64,000 nucleotides of DNA, from contig CM035360.1 of assembly GCA_020137815.1 (NCBI GenBank), forward strand, positions 6,076,001 to 6,140,000, in the 5' to 3' direction. Both the position numbers and the translations under genes were made by a program. Of this stretch, positions 53,701 through 64,000 are shown in pieces (positions within the stretch are counted from its first letter, which is position 1; the number at the start of each line of letters is the position of its first letter). This DNA is from Hormiphora californensis. Lineage: Eukaryota; Animalia; Ctenophora. The notes under the pieces were generated by a model. That model saw only the letters and a list, made by a program, of their open reading frames with translations. It was not told where the DNA came from and did not search any database.

Positions 53701-56700
53701 CCTTCTTGTGGTTCTCGGTTACATACTCCTTGAGTGCGGAAAATACAGCTCGTACCGCTGTACACCACTGCTTGTGAGCCGCACTGATGGAGGGATCTCT
53801 AGTTTGTGGGTTAACAATATGTGCAACATATTTGTAAATTTGTTCAGTGTCTAGTTGGCGGTTTTGTTTGGTTTGCTCGTGTTGGCAGTAGCTAGCTGGG
53901 CACGTACGACGTGGAATGTTGGAACTATCAATTATTCATAGCTGTTGTCTTGCAAGCATTGTATATCATTACGTGTTAACTGTTAATAAACATTGTGTCA
54001 GCATGATCTCAATCAGATCGCGTCATTCTACCACACACCATATAAGGGCAGCACGTGATACTCACACTTCTTTAAAGTCCTTGAGGACCCTGTTCAGGTA
54101 AAAGTCAGCTGCACCAATCATTTCACCCATGTAATCGAGGGGTCTGGGAGCCACACACACCCATCCAAAAGCAGGGACGGCCTCACTCACAGCAGAGAGA
54201 TGGTTGAACTGCTTACTACCCCTGTTCTTGTCTCGGAACTCCTGTGGGGGGAGTATAATTATAACATGTTGATAATATATACAGGATTATTTTGGGACTT
54301 TTATCCATTTAAGTCAGTGATTGTCATCAGTTTTTTCCCCACTTTATGTGAGCCGTTTTATTTCAGTTTTTCCAAGTTGGTCTTCTAAGAGAGTGTTTTT
54401 TTCTAACTTTGCATCCCGCTCTGATTGCCGTCAGTGGTAGTAGTTATATTTTGATCTATTGCCCCTGGACGGTATGGGCGGAATATAATAAGTACGTGTA
54501 TTATTATTATTATTATTATATCGAATATACAATTCGAGTATAAATACAAACACGAGTGTTTGTATTTGTACAGTACTCCAGGGAAATTTCATTGCCCTGT
54601 CGAGTACTCCTGAGGACACAATCCCCACAAACCACAGCAATTCGAGTATATATATGTATATTTGCTTATAAAGGGATTTCTGGTAAAGCGCTTGACAGGA
54701 TCAAGATTCTGGAGCTGATTACAAAGTAATACAATTCGAGTATATATATGTACTTTGTTTCCTTCTACAGAATATTTATGCAACTCATTTGCTTTCTTGC
54801 TAGTGTTAGAAAGAGCTAGCTTCTAAACCATTTAAGAAGAAAAGAGTTACACGGCAAATAAACTAATTTACAATATACAGAGACTAGTTTCTATATTACA
54901 GAGACTAGTTTCTTACCCCGATAGCACTGATGGCGTCGTTTAGAGGCTTGATTACAGTAGGTAGGTCCGCCTGAAAATAAAGTGTGTGTTAGATCCATCT
55001 TTCTCAGGAAGGAATATACATCAAAGGAAGGAGGACTTGATTTGTTATCTGGAGCTTGAACAAAATTTATCATTTGAAGGAAGTGGGACACGTTTCATAT
55101 TTTTCATGTAGGAAGTGAATGACTTTATATTGTAATATGCTCTAGAGATCACCAGATACAGCTGATTGTTTTGAAAGAATAACAATCATCAGTTCTCCCA
55201 GAGGCAGCTGGTAGTTGTTTACACACAACACACACCGACACTACTACTCAGGTTACACTTTCTGTCATCACAATATATCTTTTCCACCACACGACACTCG
55301 CCTTCCACTAGAATTTGATATTGGGAAAGTCTTTAAATATTCTCTTTCGATCTGCGACGAACAGACTATACTTTTGGAAACATACATCTATGACTATACA
55401 AATTAAAAGCTAGATTTTAGAGTACAAATATTGCTTCAAGTCTCCTTCCCATTTACTAACACTATAAATTTGGCAGATACTAATTGAATTTACCGCCGCC
55501 AGCCACACGTACATAAGCAGAGAAAATAGGAGGGTAGTAGAACTGAAGAAGTAGTAGGACACGGATATAAAGAAGAAAGGAGCTGAGTAAGCTGGTAAAG
55601 TGGTGACCATGGTAATTACCTGGGGAGGCATCTTGGCTCGTACAGACACCCTCATGAACTCCCTGTTCTTATCACACACCAATTTGAGCATCTTTGACTG
55701 AAATAGACGACAATGTTACTTTCATATGCTGCACTGGTATAAATTTTAGTAAAACAGCATCGATATCGAATTTGAATCAAGTGAATGTTTTATCGAAATC
55801 ACTTACGATCTGCTGGACGTCCTCAGGGAGAGAGTTTGCAACAGAGACAAGGGCCTCTGCCTTGGCGATGACTTTGGAAAACTCTGTAACTGACTCCAGG
55901 GTATCTAAAAATGGGGAGATCAATACAATTGGTCTATTGTTCAATCATGAATCACCTCTTAGTAGAGTCGATAACTACATCGACCTCTCCCAATTGTTCC
56001 AGTTTTTGTCACATCTGTTTGGAGCCTCGACACGACCTCTAAACAGGTGTTACTTTTTCACAAACTGTTTTCATCTTGGTGTAATCAGCAGTTGAAATGT
56101 TGCTGATCATAACAAAAACCTGACTAAATTTTTTCAACTTGGGGTAAAACCATGGGTGTCAAAAGTTAGCTCTAGGTCCCCTGAGTAACCATCCGGAGAC
56201 TCTAAGAGATATTTCAAGCCGTTCTCCCGTAATCATTAATCCCGGTGGAGAAAAAAATACAATGCGGACGTACGTGAGCGCTGGCAGGCTGTTTACATGT
56301 TATTGTATGTCTCTCACTCTCTCTGGAAAAACCGCACGTGCGGTTGCGCCGCGCGAGATAACTCTTTCTCAAGGGGGAGAAAAGAGAGAGACGCACATTA
56401 ACGTTATACATTAAAGTTGAGGTTGTAGGCAATTGCACGTACGTCCATACTCAAATATGTGCTCTACCGGGATTAATGATTACAGGAGAACGGCTTGAAA
56501 TATCTCTTGGAGTCTCCGGATGGTTACTCAGGGGACCTAGAGCTAACTTTTGACACCCATGGTTTTACCCCAAGTTGAAAAAATTTAGTCAGGTTTTTGT
56601 TATGATCAACAACATTTCAACTGCTGATTACACCAAGATGAAAACAGTTTGTGAAAAAGTAACACCTGTTTAGAGGTCGTGTCGAGGCCCCAAACAGATG

Positions 56701-57325
56701 TGACAAAAACTGGAACAATTGGGAGAGGTCGATGTAGTTATCGACTCTACTATCTCTGAAAACGTCCTGAATTATGGAGGCCCGAAAACGTGTTCCGACG
56801 CGCACCCTACGACTTGAAATTTAGTGCTTGACAGTGTGCGGCGCGCATAGTGGAAGCTATTACGGTATTTCCCACGCACCGTGTGAAAGTTTTTGACCGT
56901 GGGAAAGTTTCCGAACCGTGGGAAAAGAAAGATTTACAGAAATGGTAAGAGTGAGAAATTTTTCTCTTTCACGTTTTCTATCTATCTCTCTTTTCCCACG
57001 GGTCGGAAACTTTCCCACGATGCGTGGGAAATACCGTAAGAGCTTCCACTATGCGCGCCGCACACTGTCAAGCACTAAATTTCAAGTCGTAGGGTGCGCG
57101 TCGGAACACGTTTTCGGGCCTCCATACCGTTCAAAGAGCTTGGTAGAACGTCGGCTTAGTATCACCAACCAACGTCCTGAATCTCTAACGATAATTATTC
57201 TTGTTCTCACCGTAATCATCGTCGTCATCAGCACCACCAGCAGGAGCACCCCGTCCGCTGGCACACTTCTCCAGACGAGTAGTGACGGATTCCAACCGCG
57301 CTACCAGCTTCTCCATATCAGACAT
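48778..57325 (-). CDS. CAP1: Adenylyl cyclase-associated protein (CAP/Srv2), multi-exon
   Basis: Exon 1 [19 protein letters not shown] (RLE motifs); [17 protein letters not shown]; poly-Pro then [26 protein letters not shown] (WH2); CARP exons [40 protein letters not shown]. Confidence 0.95.
51286..53357 (+). CDS. Secreted papain-family (C1A) cysteine protease with I29 prodomain and two C-terminal ShKT-like domains; nested antisense in a CAP intron; 4 exons
   Basis: Signal peptide; [24 protein letters not shown]|IRNSWG. ShKT-1 [20 protein letters not shown]|..[15 protein letters not shown]; E/K-rich linker; ShKT-2 [21 protein letters not shown]|..[13 protein letters not shown] (stop 53355-53357). 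Confidence 0.88.
53505..53672. repeat. (AAAC/AAAG)n microsatellite
   Basis: Direct inspection. Confidence 0.9.
55960..56752. mobile_element. Foldback/MITE with ~280-bp inverted arms in CAP intron 1
   Basis: TAGTAGAGTCGATAACTAC..GTAGTTATCGACTCTACTA. Confidence 0.85.
56773..57126. mobile_element. Palindromic MITE containing the TAGTGGAAGCT-family core
   Basis: TATGGAGGCCCGAAAAC..GTTTTCGGGCCTCCATA; the core is homologous to 58973-59194. Confidence 0.8.
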
Positions 57326-57492
57326 GGTGCTGAAGATTGAAAAGATTGTGTTAAAGCGAGTAGCTGACTTACAGGCCTCATAAAATTAAAATACGAAAGA
57401 TGCGACGCTGGACGAAGAAATTAGAAAAGTTCAAATTTCAAAAAGTCTCAGAAATTTCGTCTGACTCAGCCAAAAAATGTGAAAGTTTGAAA

Positions 57493-58857
57493 ATAACGTG
57501 TTGGGCAAAAAAAATGTCCCCCCTAGACTAGCATAGTTCCAGATATCGTAGAGCTCTAAAATTTTACACAGCTGTTCTATGGGACAAATAAATAGGTTCC
57601 ACAAAATTTCAGACTTTTAGCTCAAAGTTCATTTTTTTGATCGGAATGAACATTGCCATTCATTCCAAAAAACATGATTATTCGGTCCAGAAGTCAAGCA
57701 TTTGTCTTTGGCTATCGATTTTCTTTCAAATGCGACGAAGAAAAGTCAAAACGGACAACCACAAGGCACACAGTGATCATGTTTCTGACTGTTAGTCAGG
57801 TCATGTGATCCCCACCGAATCGTGCAAGTTATTCAGAATTGCTAATCAGGCTTAGTGGTGGAGAATCACGTATCACAGCCGCTAATGAGGGATGACGATG
57901 ACGATTGGTCATGAGATCCGAAGCTCATTAACAAGTGGCCTCTTTAGCCAAGTGCTCTCGAATCACATGTCGCTTTTTCGATACACATCCCTCATTAGCG
58001 ACTGTGATACGTGATTCTTCCCCACTAAGCCTGATTAACAATTCTCGATTCGTTGGGGATCACATGACCTTGTGGTTGTCCGTTTTGGCTTTTCTTGGTC
58101 GCATTTGAAAGAAAATCGATAGCCAAAGACAATTGCTTAGCTTCTGGACCGAATAATCATGTTTTTTGGAATGAATGACAATGTTCATTCCTATCAAAAA
58201 AATGAACTTTGAGCTAGAAGTCTGAAATTTTGTGGAACCTATTTATTTGTACCATAGAACAGCTGTTTAAAATTTTAGACCTCTACGATATCTGGAACTA
58301 TGCTAGTCGGAAAACGTTAAAATCTGGGTGCCTTCCATTGCTAACAATTCATGGATTTTGGTATTCGAGACGGGTTAGGGCTGTTGTTAGGGTCTGGTTA
58401 GGGTTCGGGTTAGGGGTATCGGTTAGTGCTATCGATTCTCTATCAGATGCCGTTTAGTTTACTCAAATCGGCCATGTGGTTGCGTGGCTATAGCCGTTTG
58501 AAAAAAGTTGGTCTACAAAATAAAAGTGTGCTCTTTTTGCTAGCGCGCACCTGTAAACAGGCCTCAAGGCACCCAGATTATAATCGCGCCCATGCTAGTC
58601 TATACTCGGATTTTTTGAAACTGTCACCCCCCTAAAATAACAAAATTTGTCATATCTCCGGTTCCTGATAAGATAGAGACTTGAAATTTGGAGGTTCGAA
58701 AGAACTTAGCAAGATCTTCGTAACTTCCAAATTTCAAGTCTCTATCTCATCAGGAACAGGACTTATGGTCATTTAAAGAAATTTGAAAACTCTAGGGGGG
58801 TGACAGTTTCAAAAAATCCGACTTTAGGGGGGACATTTTTTTTGCCCAACACGTTAT
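57493..58857. mobile_element. Nested inverted-repeat elements
   Basis: Outer TIR ATAACGTGTTGGGCAAAAAAAATGTCCCCCCTA; inner inverted repeats at ~57526-58308 and ~58605-58822. Confidence 0.75.
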
Positions 58858-58972
58858 AACCGAAAGTGAGGCATTTTTAGCGTTGCACAAAATACGACTC
58901 CGCGGATAAAATAAAATAAACGCCGCATTTACAGCCGCGCATAAAGTTAAGCGTTTTCCCAAATTTTCGTCC

Positions 58973-59194
58973 TAGTGGAAGCTCTTACGGTAATTCCCAC
59001 GCCCCGTGGGAAAGTTTTCGACCGTGGGAAAGTTTTCAAAGCGTGGGAAAAGAAAGATACATACAATAACGTTTAAAAAATAATTGTTTTTTAAACCTTA
59101 TTGTATGTATCTCTCTTTTCCCACGCTTTGAAAACTTTCCCACGGTCAAAAACTTTCCCACGGGGCGTGGGAATTACCGTAAGAGCTTCCACTA
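58973..59194. mobile_element. Palindromic MITE, Academ-like termini
   Basis: TAGTGGAAGCTCTTACGG..CCGTAAGAGCTTCCACTA, 3-bp TSD TCC. Confidence 0.75.
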
Positions 59195-59364
59195 TCCTAT
59201 CTGCAAACTTTGAAATTTTGGATTTCCGTTCGCGAGTGGTGGATTGTGAAGCCACTCTTGTTGTGTCCCTCTCCCACCTTCTCCGTGTGCCAACACAACA
59301 CTATACTGGTACACCCGCACAGTCGTGTTCCATTTTTTCCGATTTTTTATTTCCGTTCGCGAAC

Positions 59365-59785
59365 AATAACGGACGATCACGCTCGACTGGACATTTCTAC
59401 ACGGGACTTCTGGACACCAATGGACAAGGCATTTTTCGACGTAAGAGTATTAAACTCCCAAGCCACATCCAATGCTGTCCAGTCGATCCCCCAGACATTC
59501 TTAAAACATGAGAAAGAAAAGAAGACGGGATACAACCATAGGGTGTTGGAAGTGGATGGTGGAGTGTTTACTCCCCTTGTAATGGCAACTACTGGCGGTC
59601 TCGGGCGAGAGTTCTCCCGCTTCGTAAAGCATCTTGCAGAACAGAAATCAGACAAGAGTGGCAACAGATACGAAGAATGTGTGAGTCGTGAGATATATTC
59701 GCCTAAGATTTTCCTTCTCGATGGTGAGGAGTGTCACTCTTTCACTTCGAGGGTTCAGAGGAAGACTGAGAGAGGACACTACTGA
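59365..59785 (+). pseudogene. 5'-truncated fragment of a second CRE family (RLE domain)
   Basis: ARLDISTRDFWTPMDKAFFDVRV..KHEKEKKTGY..RVLEVDGGVFTPLVMATTGG; homologous to the C-terminus of 896-3934; frameshifted near the end. Confidence 0.85.
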
Positions 59786-59968
59786 AGATTTATATCTGAT
59801 GTAATTGGTTGTTGTAGTGCCTTATACTTTATAGCACAGAGTTCCATTGGCGCCAGAGAGCGCATTCATCATGTACATCCGAGTACTCTCGGAACCAAGG
59901 TTTTAATACGGGAGCGCTCTCCCCCCTATGACAGACCACCGGTGCGTGGCTATATGACGGTCCCTAAT

Positions 59969-60012
59969 GAGTTTCAAACTTTTCAACACTACTTTAAACA
60001 AATTAATTTGAG
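59969..60012 (+). other. SL exon copy 3
   Basis: Identical to 811-854; followed by TTTTAG, not GT. Confidence 0.88.
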
Positions 60013-60058
60013 TTTTAGGATAAAGCTGATGTAACAGCCCACGAGGGGCAGAAAGAAA

Positions 60059-61078
60059 ATGGTAAATACTGATAATGAAGAAGAAGCAACTCCTCGGATT
60101 TACCTGGCAGCTCATCCTGGAAAACCGGCTACTGATATTGATAGGAGGAAGGTCAACGACTGCCAAAGTGATACAGTATATTGGGTAAAAGACTTGTTGT
60201 CGGATTGTTCAGGGTTTGGATACAGTAACCCAGAGGCAGTGAGATATGGAACTGGTCCTCCACCAAGGTCTACCTGGGATGATTTAGAGGTTCCGTCTGC
60301 GAGCAAGCTTAATACGCTGTCGAAGAAAAAGCTTTTAGATTTTACTAAGAGGGCGTGTAGTATTTTTCTTGAACAGACATTTCCACTAATTGAAAAGTTG
60401 CGTGACAAGGGTTCTGAAAGTATGATGGTGAGAGAGTGCGAAAAGGAGCTCAGACAACATGGAAAGGAGCTAATTAAAGCTCAACGAGACCTCGTAGCAG
60501 CACAAGAGGAACTACTCAATATCCAGAGGCAGTTGCTTGAGAAGAGGGAGGTTGAGATTACAGCTGTGCAGTCAACGGCACAGCAAGAATTGAAGAGCTT
60601 CGCATCCGTTTTGGAGAAAGAATGTGCCTCGGCTCTGGCTCCAAGGAAGATTCAATCAGCGATTGTGGCTGCCTCTGAGGACCGTGGGTGCAACATCATC
60701 ATCCATGGCCTGGAAGAGTCAATAAATAGTAGCGTAGAGCTTGAAACTCAAGTTGAGTCTCTTCTTGTTGAGCTAGGAGAAACTCAGAACGTGAAATCAG
60801 TGGAGCGCATGGGAAGGCAGTCTTTAACTGTCAGACCAGTGAAAGTCGTACTGAAGAGCAGAGACGCTCAGATGTCGATCCTGTCGAAAAAATCCCGACT
60901 AAAAAGGACCGGCAAGTTCGATAAAGTCTACATTTCGCCTGACAGGACTTTGGAGGAACGAAATGAGAGAAAACAGCTTGTTGATCGACTGAAGGAAATG
61001 GTTCAAAGGTCTCCTGGAAAACACTACTTCATTCGTGGGAAGGAGGTGGTAGAAGCACCAGGGACTACTGAGAATTGA
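60059..61078 (+). CDS. CR1/L2-type ORF1 protein of SL-headed ORF1-only element B (~59969-61189)
   Basis: Coiled coil; NIIIHGLEE..ERMG..RPVKVVL..LK..VYISPDRT..YFIRG. No ORF2; short TTTCAAG-type tail at ~61166-61189. Confidence 0.8.
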   Translation: MVNTDNEEEATPRIYLAAHPGKPATDIDRRKVNDCQSDTVYWVKDLLSDCSGFGYSNPEAVRYGTGPPPRSTWDDLEVPSASKLNTLSKKKLLDFTKRACSIFLEQTFPLIEKLRDKGSESMMVRECEKELRQHGKELIKAQRDLVAAQEELLNIQRQLLEKREVEITAVQSTAQQELKSFASVLEKECASALAPRKIQSAIVAASEDRGCNIIIHGLEESINSSVELETQVESLLVELGETQNVKSVERMGRQSLTVRPVKVVLKSRDAQMSILSKKSRLKRTGKFDKVYISPDRTLEERNERKQLVDRLKEMVQRSPGKHYFIRGKEVVEAPGTTEN

Positions 61079-61718
61079 AATTAATTTTGTTGAGTTTAGA
61101 AGTGGTGAGCGAGGAAAGGACAGTTGAGTTGAAAGGTGGTCATTTGTTTGATAGCCTCAATTTATTTTCAAGTTTCAAGTAAGTTTCAAGAAAGGAAGAG
61201 CGTTGTGTGAAGCTGTATTGTTGTTTGCTGCTGACGCTGTTTATCTGAGTAGGGACTTGTAAATTTATTTGAACTTGAACTTGAACAGGCCAATATAGCT
61301 CGAGCATAAGCCAAGGTTTTGGTAACTTTTTCATTTGACGACGATTTTCGGGCATCAACAGCTTTATAAATCCCTGTATCGGAGATATTGATGCACAAAA
61401 TCAAGATTCAAACCCAAGATGTGCAGTTTTTGCTGTCAAAATGAAAAGTTGTTAAGGAACAGTTAAAAGATGCAAACAATTTTGTGTTTTTAGACCTTTT
61501 GGTCTCAACTCTCATTCGAGTAGAAAATATTGTTAGAAAATGCATGAATGATGACAACAAATTTTCCGGGTCAATACAACTGCAACAGCTTTTCTGACCC
61601 ACTGTTTCCAGGGGCCTAACCACCATGCCAGGCGTTTAATATTATGGTCCCGTCCAATTCAGCAGGAATAAAGGATCCAGATTGCTAACAATTCCATTTG
61701 GATTTAGGGTTCGGGGCG

Positions 61719-63888
61719 ATGAATGGGGAAATGGTAAAGGTTGATGACGATAGTTTTATAGTCAAGGTTCGAGGGTTACCCTACTCAGCCACTGCCCACG
61801 ATGTTGCTCTCTTCTTCTCCGGGTGTGATATTAAGGGTGGTAAAGCTGAGGGTGTCAGCTTCCTGTTTAACCCCCAGACAGGTGAGACAAGTTATTATCA
61901 TAAGTTAGAACAAGTAGCCGATCTCGATCCTTTTGTGAACGATCAAATTTTATCGATTCGATCTTTGGGTGAGCAAAAAATATCGATACGATCTCGATTC
62001 GATACGTTATCGTTCAATAATTATCGAGATCGGATGAATATCAAGTTCCTATTTATTAGTTTGGGCAAGTAGTTTAGTTTATCTACATAGTGTTCACCAT
62101 TCGTCACAACTTACCACCAAATCAAATTAGGTAAACCGACGGGAGAGTGCTTTGTTGAGTTTATATCTGCCCCCGACATGAGGAAAGCCCTTCTTCAGCA
62201 TCACAGGTAGGCACTAGGCACCCACCACCCCCCCCCCCCTTGATGCTTGAACCAGCATCACACCTTTTATCGTTTCCTGAATTCTTGTTCTTCGATTGTA
62301 CATGATTGTACATGATTGTACATGATTGAACATGATTGTACATGATTGGACGATTGGGTAATTAATTGAGATTCTCTCAGCTTCAACTCTGATTCCCCCA
62401 AACACAGTGGTTTTTAGGTGGACATAGGAAAAAAAATTTTTTTCTGAAAATGGTTCTATCCGATAGATATTAGTCCATAGAGTTGTATGCTATGCGACCC
62501 ACCGATTGATTGCTTCAGAATCGATGCGTTATTTGAGTTTTTCGTCATTTTTGACTGTCATTTTTGACTGTCTTTTTTGACTGCCATTTAACTTGCAGGG
62601 TTTTAGGACGAGACGAAAAATAGACATATTCTTCAATGTATGTTGTCTTGGAAGGGCAATTAGGTGAAATTTCAAAATTTTTGGAAATTTTTGAAATTTT
62701 TTTTTTCGGAAAGTCATTTTTCAGCCAAAAACGAAACATAAAGCTATGTCATACACAGAGTCGTCATGAGTCGTCACGGGAGACCAGTTTTATTTGAAAG
62801 GCCTGACAAATATCTATCTTTTAGTGTATGGGGCACTTCTCCGAAACGATCCGAAAATTGGGTAAAATAGCGTTGAAGGAAGCGTGTTTTTCACTTTTAA
62901 AAAATGATTTTTTATAAATGAGTAGCTGAGGCCTGACTTGACATGTTTTCCGACCTATTTTTGCACGTTAAATCGATTGCCATCAATATCGGAGCTCTAA
63001 AACCATTGCATCATACGGCTATTTGCTATTTTGTGAAAAAATCCATATTTAACCAAAATATGAAAAAAATAACAAAAAAGCGTTTTTCGCCTTTTCACTT
63101 CTTATTCAGGCTCATAATTTTATCAGCAATCGATTTCTCGTCCAAAACAAGTGTGGGATAATATGAAAAACATCTTAGTAACTGCATTTTGAAAGAAATC
63201 TTAAAATCTGGCAGTTCTTAGTCTTCATAAATAGAACAAAAATTAATCAAAATAGATGAAATTTTCAAATCTAGCCAAAAAATGTCCAAAATTTCATTTT
63301 AAAATGTTTTCTGCTTTCTATCTCATCATCTTGACCACTTTTTTGCAAAATAACGACGAAAAAAGACGAAAAAACGCGTTTTGACCCCTTTCCTTTAAGT
63401 AAATCGTCTTAATTTTATCAGCAATCGATTCCTCGTCAAAAAATAGTCCGGGTTGACTACGTAAATTTATGCTTTGAAAAAAAATATTTTCCAGCACCAT
63501 AATGATTCGCCGATATCTCCGTAACCTTTCAACCTAGAGCTTTGAAACTATGTGGAAACGTATTTTTTGCATCGGTTTACCCTAGAAACTACCCCATGTG
63601 ATCCAAACATGTGTTGATCTACCCTATGTCACCCTACCCCCCTCAAAATTACCACTGTGCCAAATAACTCCTCCAGCTCCCTGTTCCAACCCTCCAGCTC
63701 CCTATTCTAACGGCCTGTCTCCCCGTTCTAACGGCCTGTCTCCCTATTCTAACGGCCTGTTTCCCACGACAGGTACCTGGGTAGGCGTTATTTAGAGGTT
63801 GAACGATGTAGTACAGAGGTGATGGAACAGACATTAAAGACTCACGGAGAGGCCGTTAGAAATAGTTGCCCTATCGTCCGCTTACGAG
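61719..63888 (+). CDS. hnRNP F/H-GRSF1/ESRP-family qRRM protein, first three exons (continues past the window)
   Basis: Exon 61719-61881 IVKVRGLPYSAT..FFSGC; exon 62131-62206 GKPTGECFVEF; exon 63773-63888 YLGRRYLEV..IVRLRG. Confidence 0.88.
62295..62348. repeat. (ATTGTACATG)n
   Basis: About 5 copies. Confidence 0.9.
62403..63659. mobile_element. Non-autonomous Transib/RAG-like DNA transposon
   Basis: Both ends read CACAGTGGT inward; 5-bp TSD CCAAA at 62398-62402 and 63660-63664; no transposase ORF. Confidence 0.85.
63665..63762. repeat. 21-bp imperfect tandem repeat
   Basis: CTCCCTATTCTAACGGCCTGT-like units. Confidence 0.75.
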
Positions 63889-63904
63889 GTACAAATAAAG
63901 TAAT

Positions 63905-64000
63905 ACCACCTCCTGATTATTTTAGACACCACCTCCCCTCTTCTGATTATTTTAGACACCATCTCCCCTCTTCTGATTATTTTAGACACCACCTCCCCTC
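63905..64000. repeat. 39-bp tandem repeat running off the window
   Basis: CTGATTATTTTTAGACACCACCTCCCCTCTT-like unit, at least 3 copies; the unit measures about 30 bp between starts. Confidence 0.75.

Noticed and set aside
60026-60054. Hammerhead ribozyme in the ORF1-element 5' UTR
   Set aside because: CUGAUGU rather than CUGANGA, extra bases before the stem, and element A lacks CUGA; kept only as an unknown conserved motif.
61079-61095. AAATTAATTTTGTTGAG as a partial SL target-site duplication
   Set aside because: Short, AT-rich, imperfect, and lies inside the 3' UTR before the tail.

Overview
Intron-rich animal genomic DNA, most likely a ctenophore. This is inferred from three copies of a 44-nt sequence matching, from memory, the ctenophore spliced-leader (SL) exon, and from a ctenophore-type extracellular domain. 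Conserved host genes: sulfite oxidase (-, 256-11754), RRP5/PDCD11 (-, 17007-27131), cyclase-associated protein CAP (-, 48778-57325) and the 5' part of an hnRNP F/H-type qRRM gene (+, from 61719). Nested antisense in their introns are a YxxL-rich transmembrane protein, a secreted sushi-domain protein and a papain protease with two ShKT domains. There is also an intronless class A GPCR. Highlights: (1) three retroelements whose 5' ends are a complete SL exon. One, a CRE-clade element, runs exactly from SL nucleotide 1 to a poly(A) tail between target-site duplications (TSDs); the other two are ORF1-only elements sharing a conserved 5' hairpin. (2) A tandem trio of intronless IRE1/RNase L-like kinase-ribonuclease genes with no sensor domain, one disrupted by a Penelope element. 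(3) A non-autonomous Transib/RAG-like element with a 5-bp TSD whose ends are CACAGTG heptamers followed by a shared motif at 12 versus 23 bp. Many MITE/foldback elements and satellites fill the rest. Exon boundaries were read by eye and are approximate.
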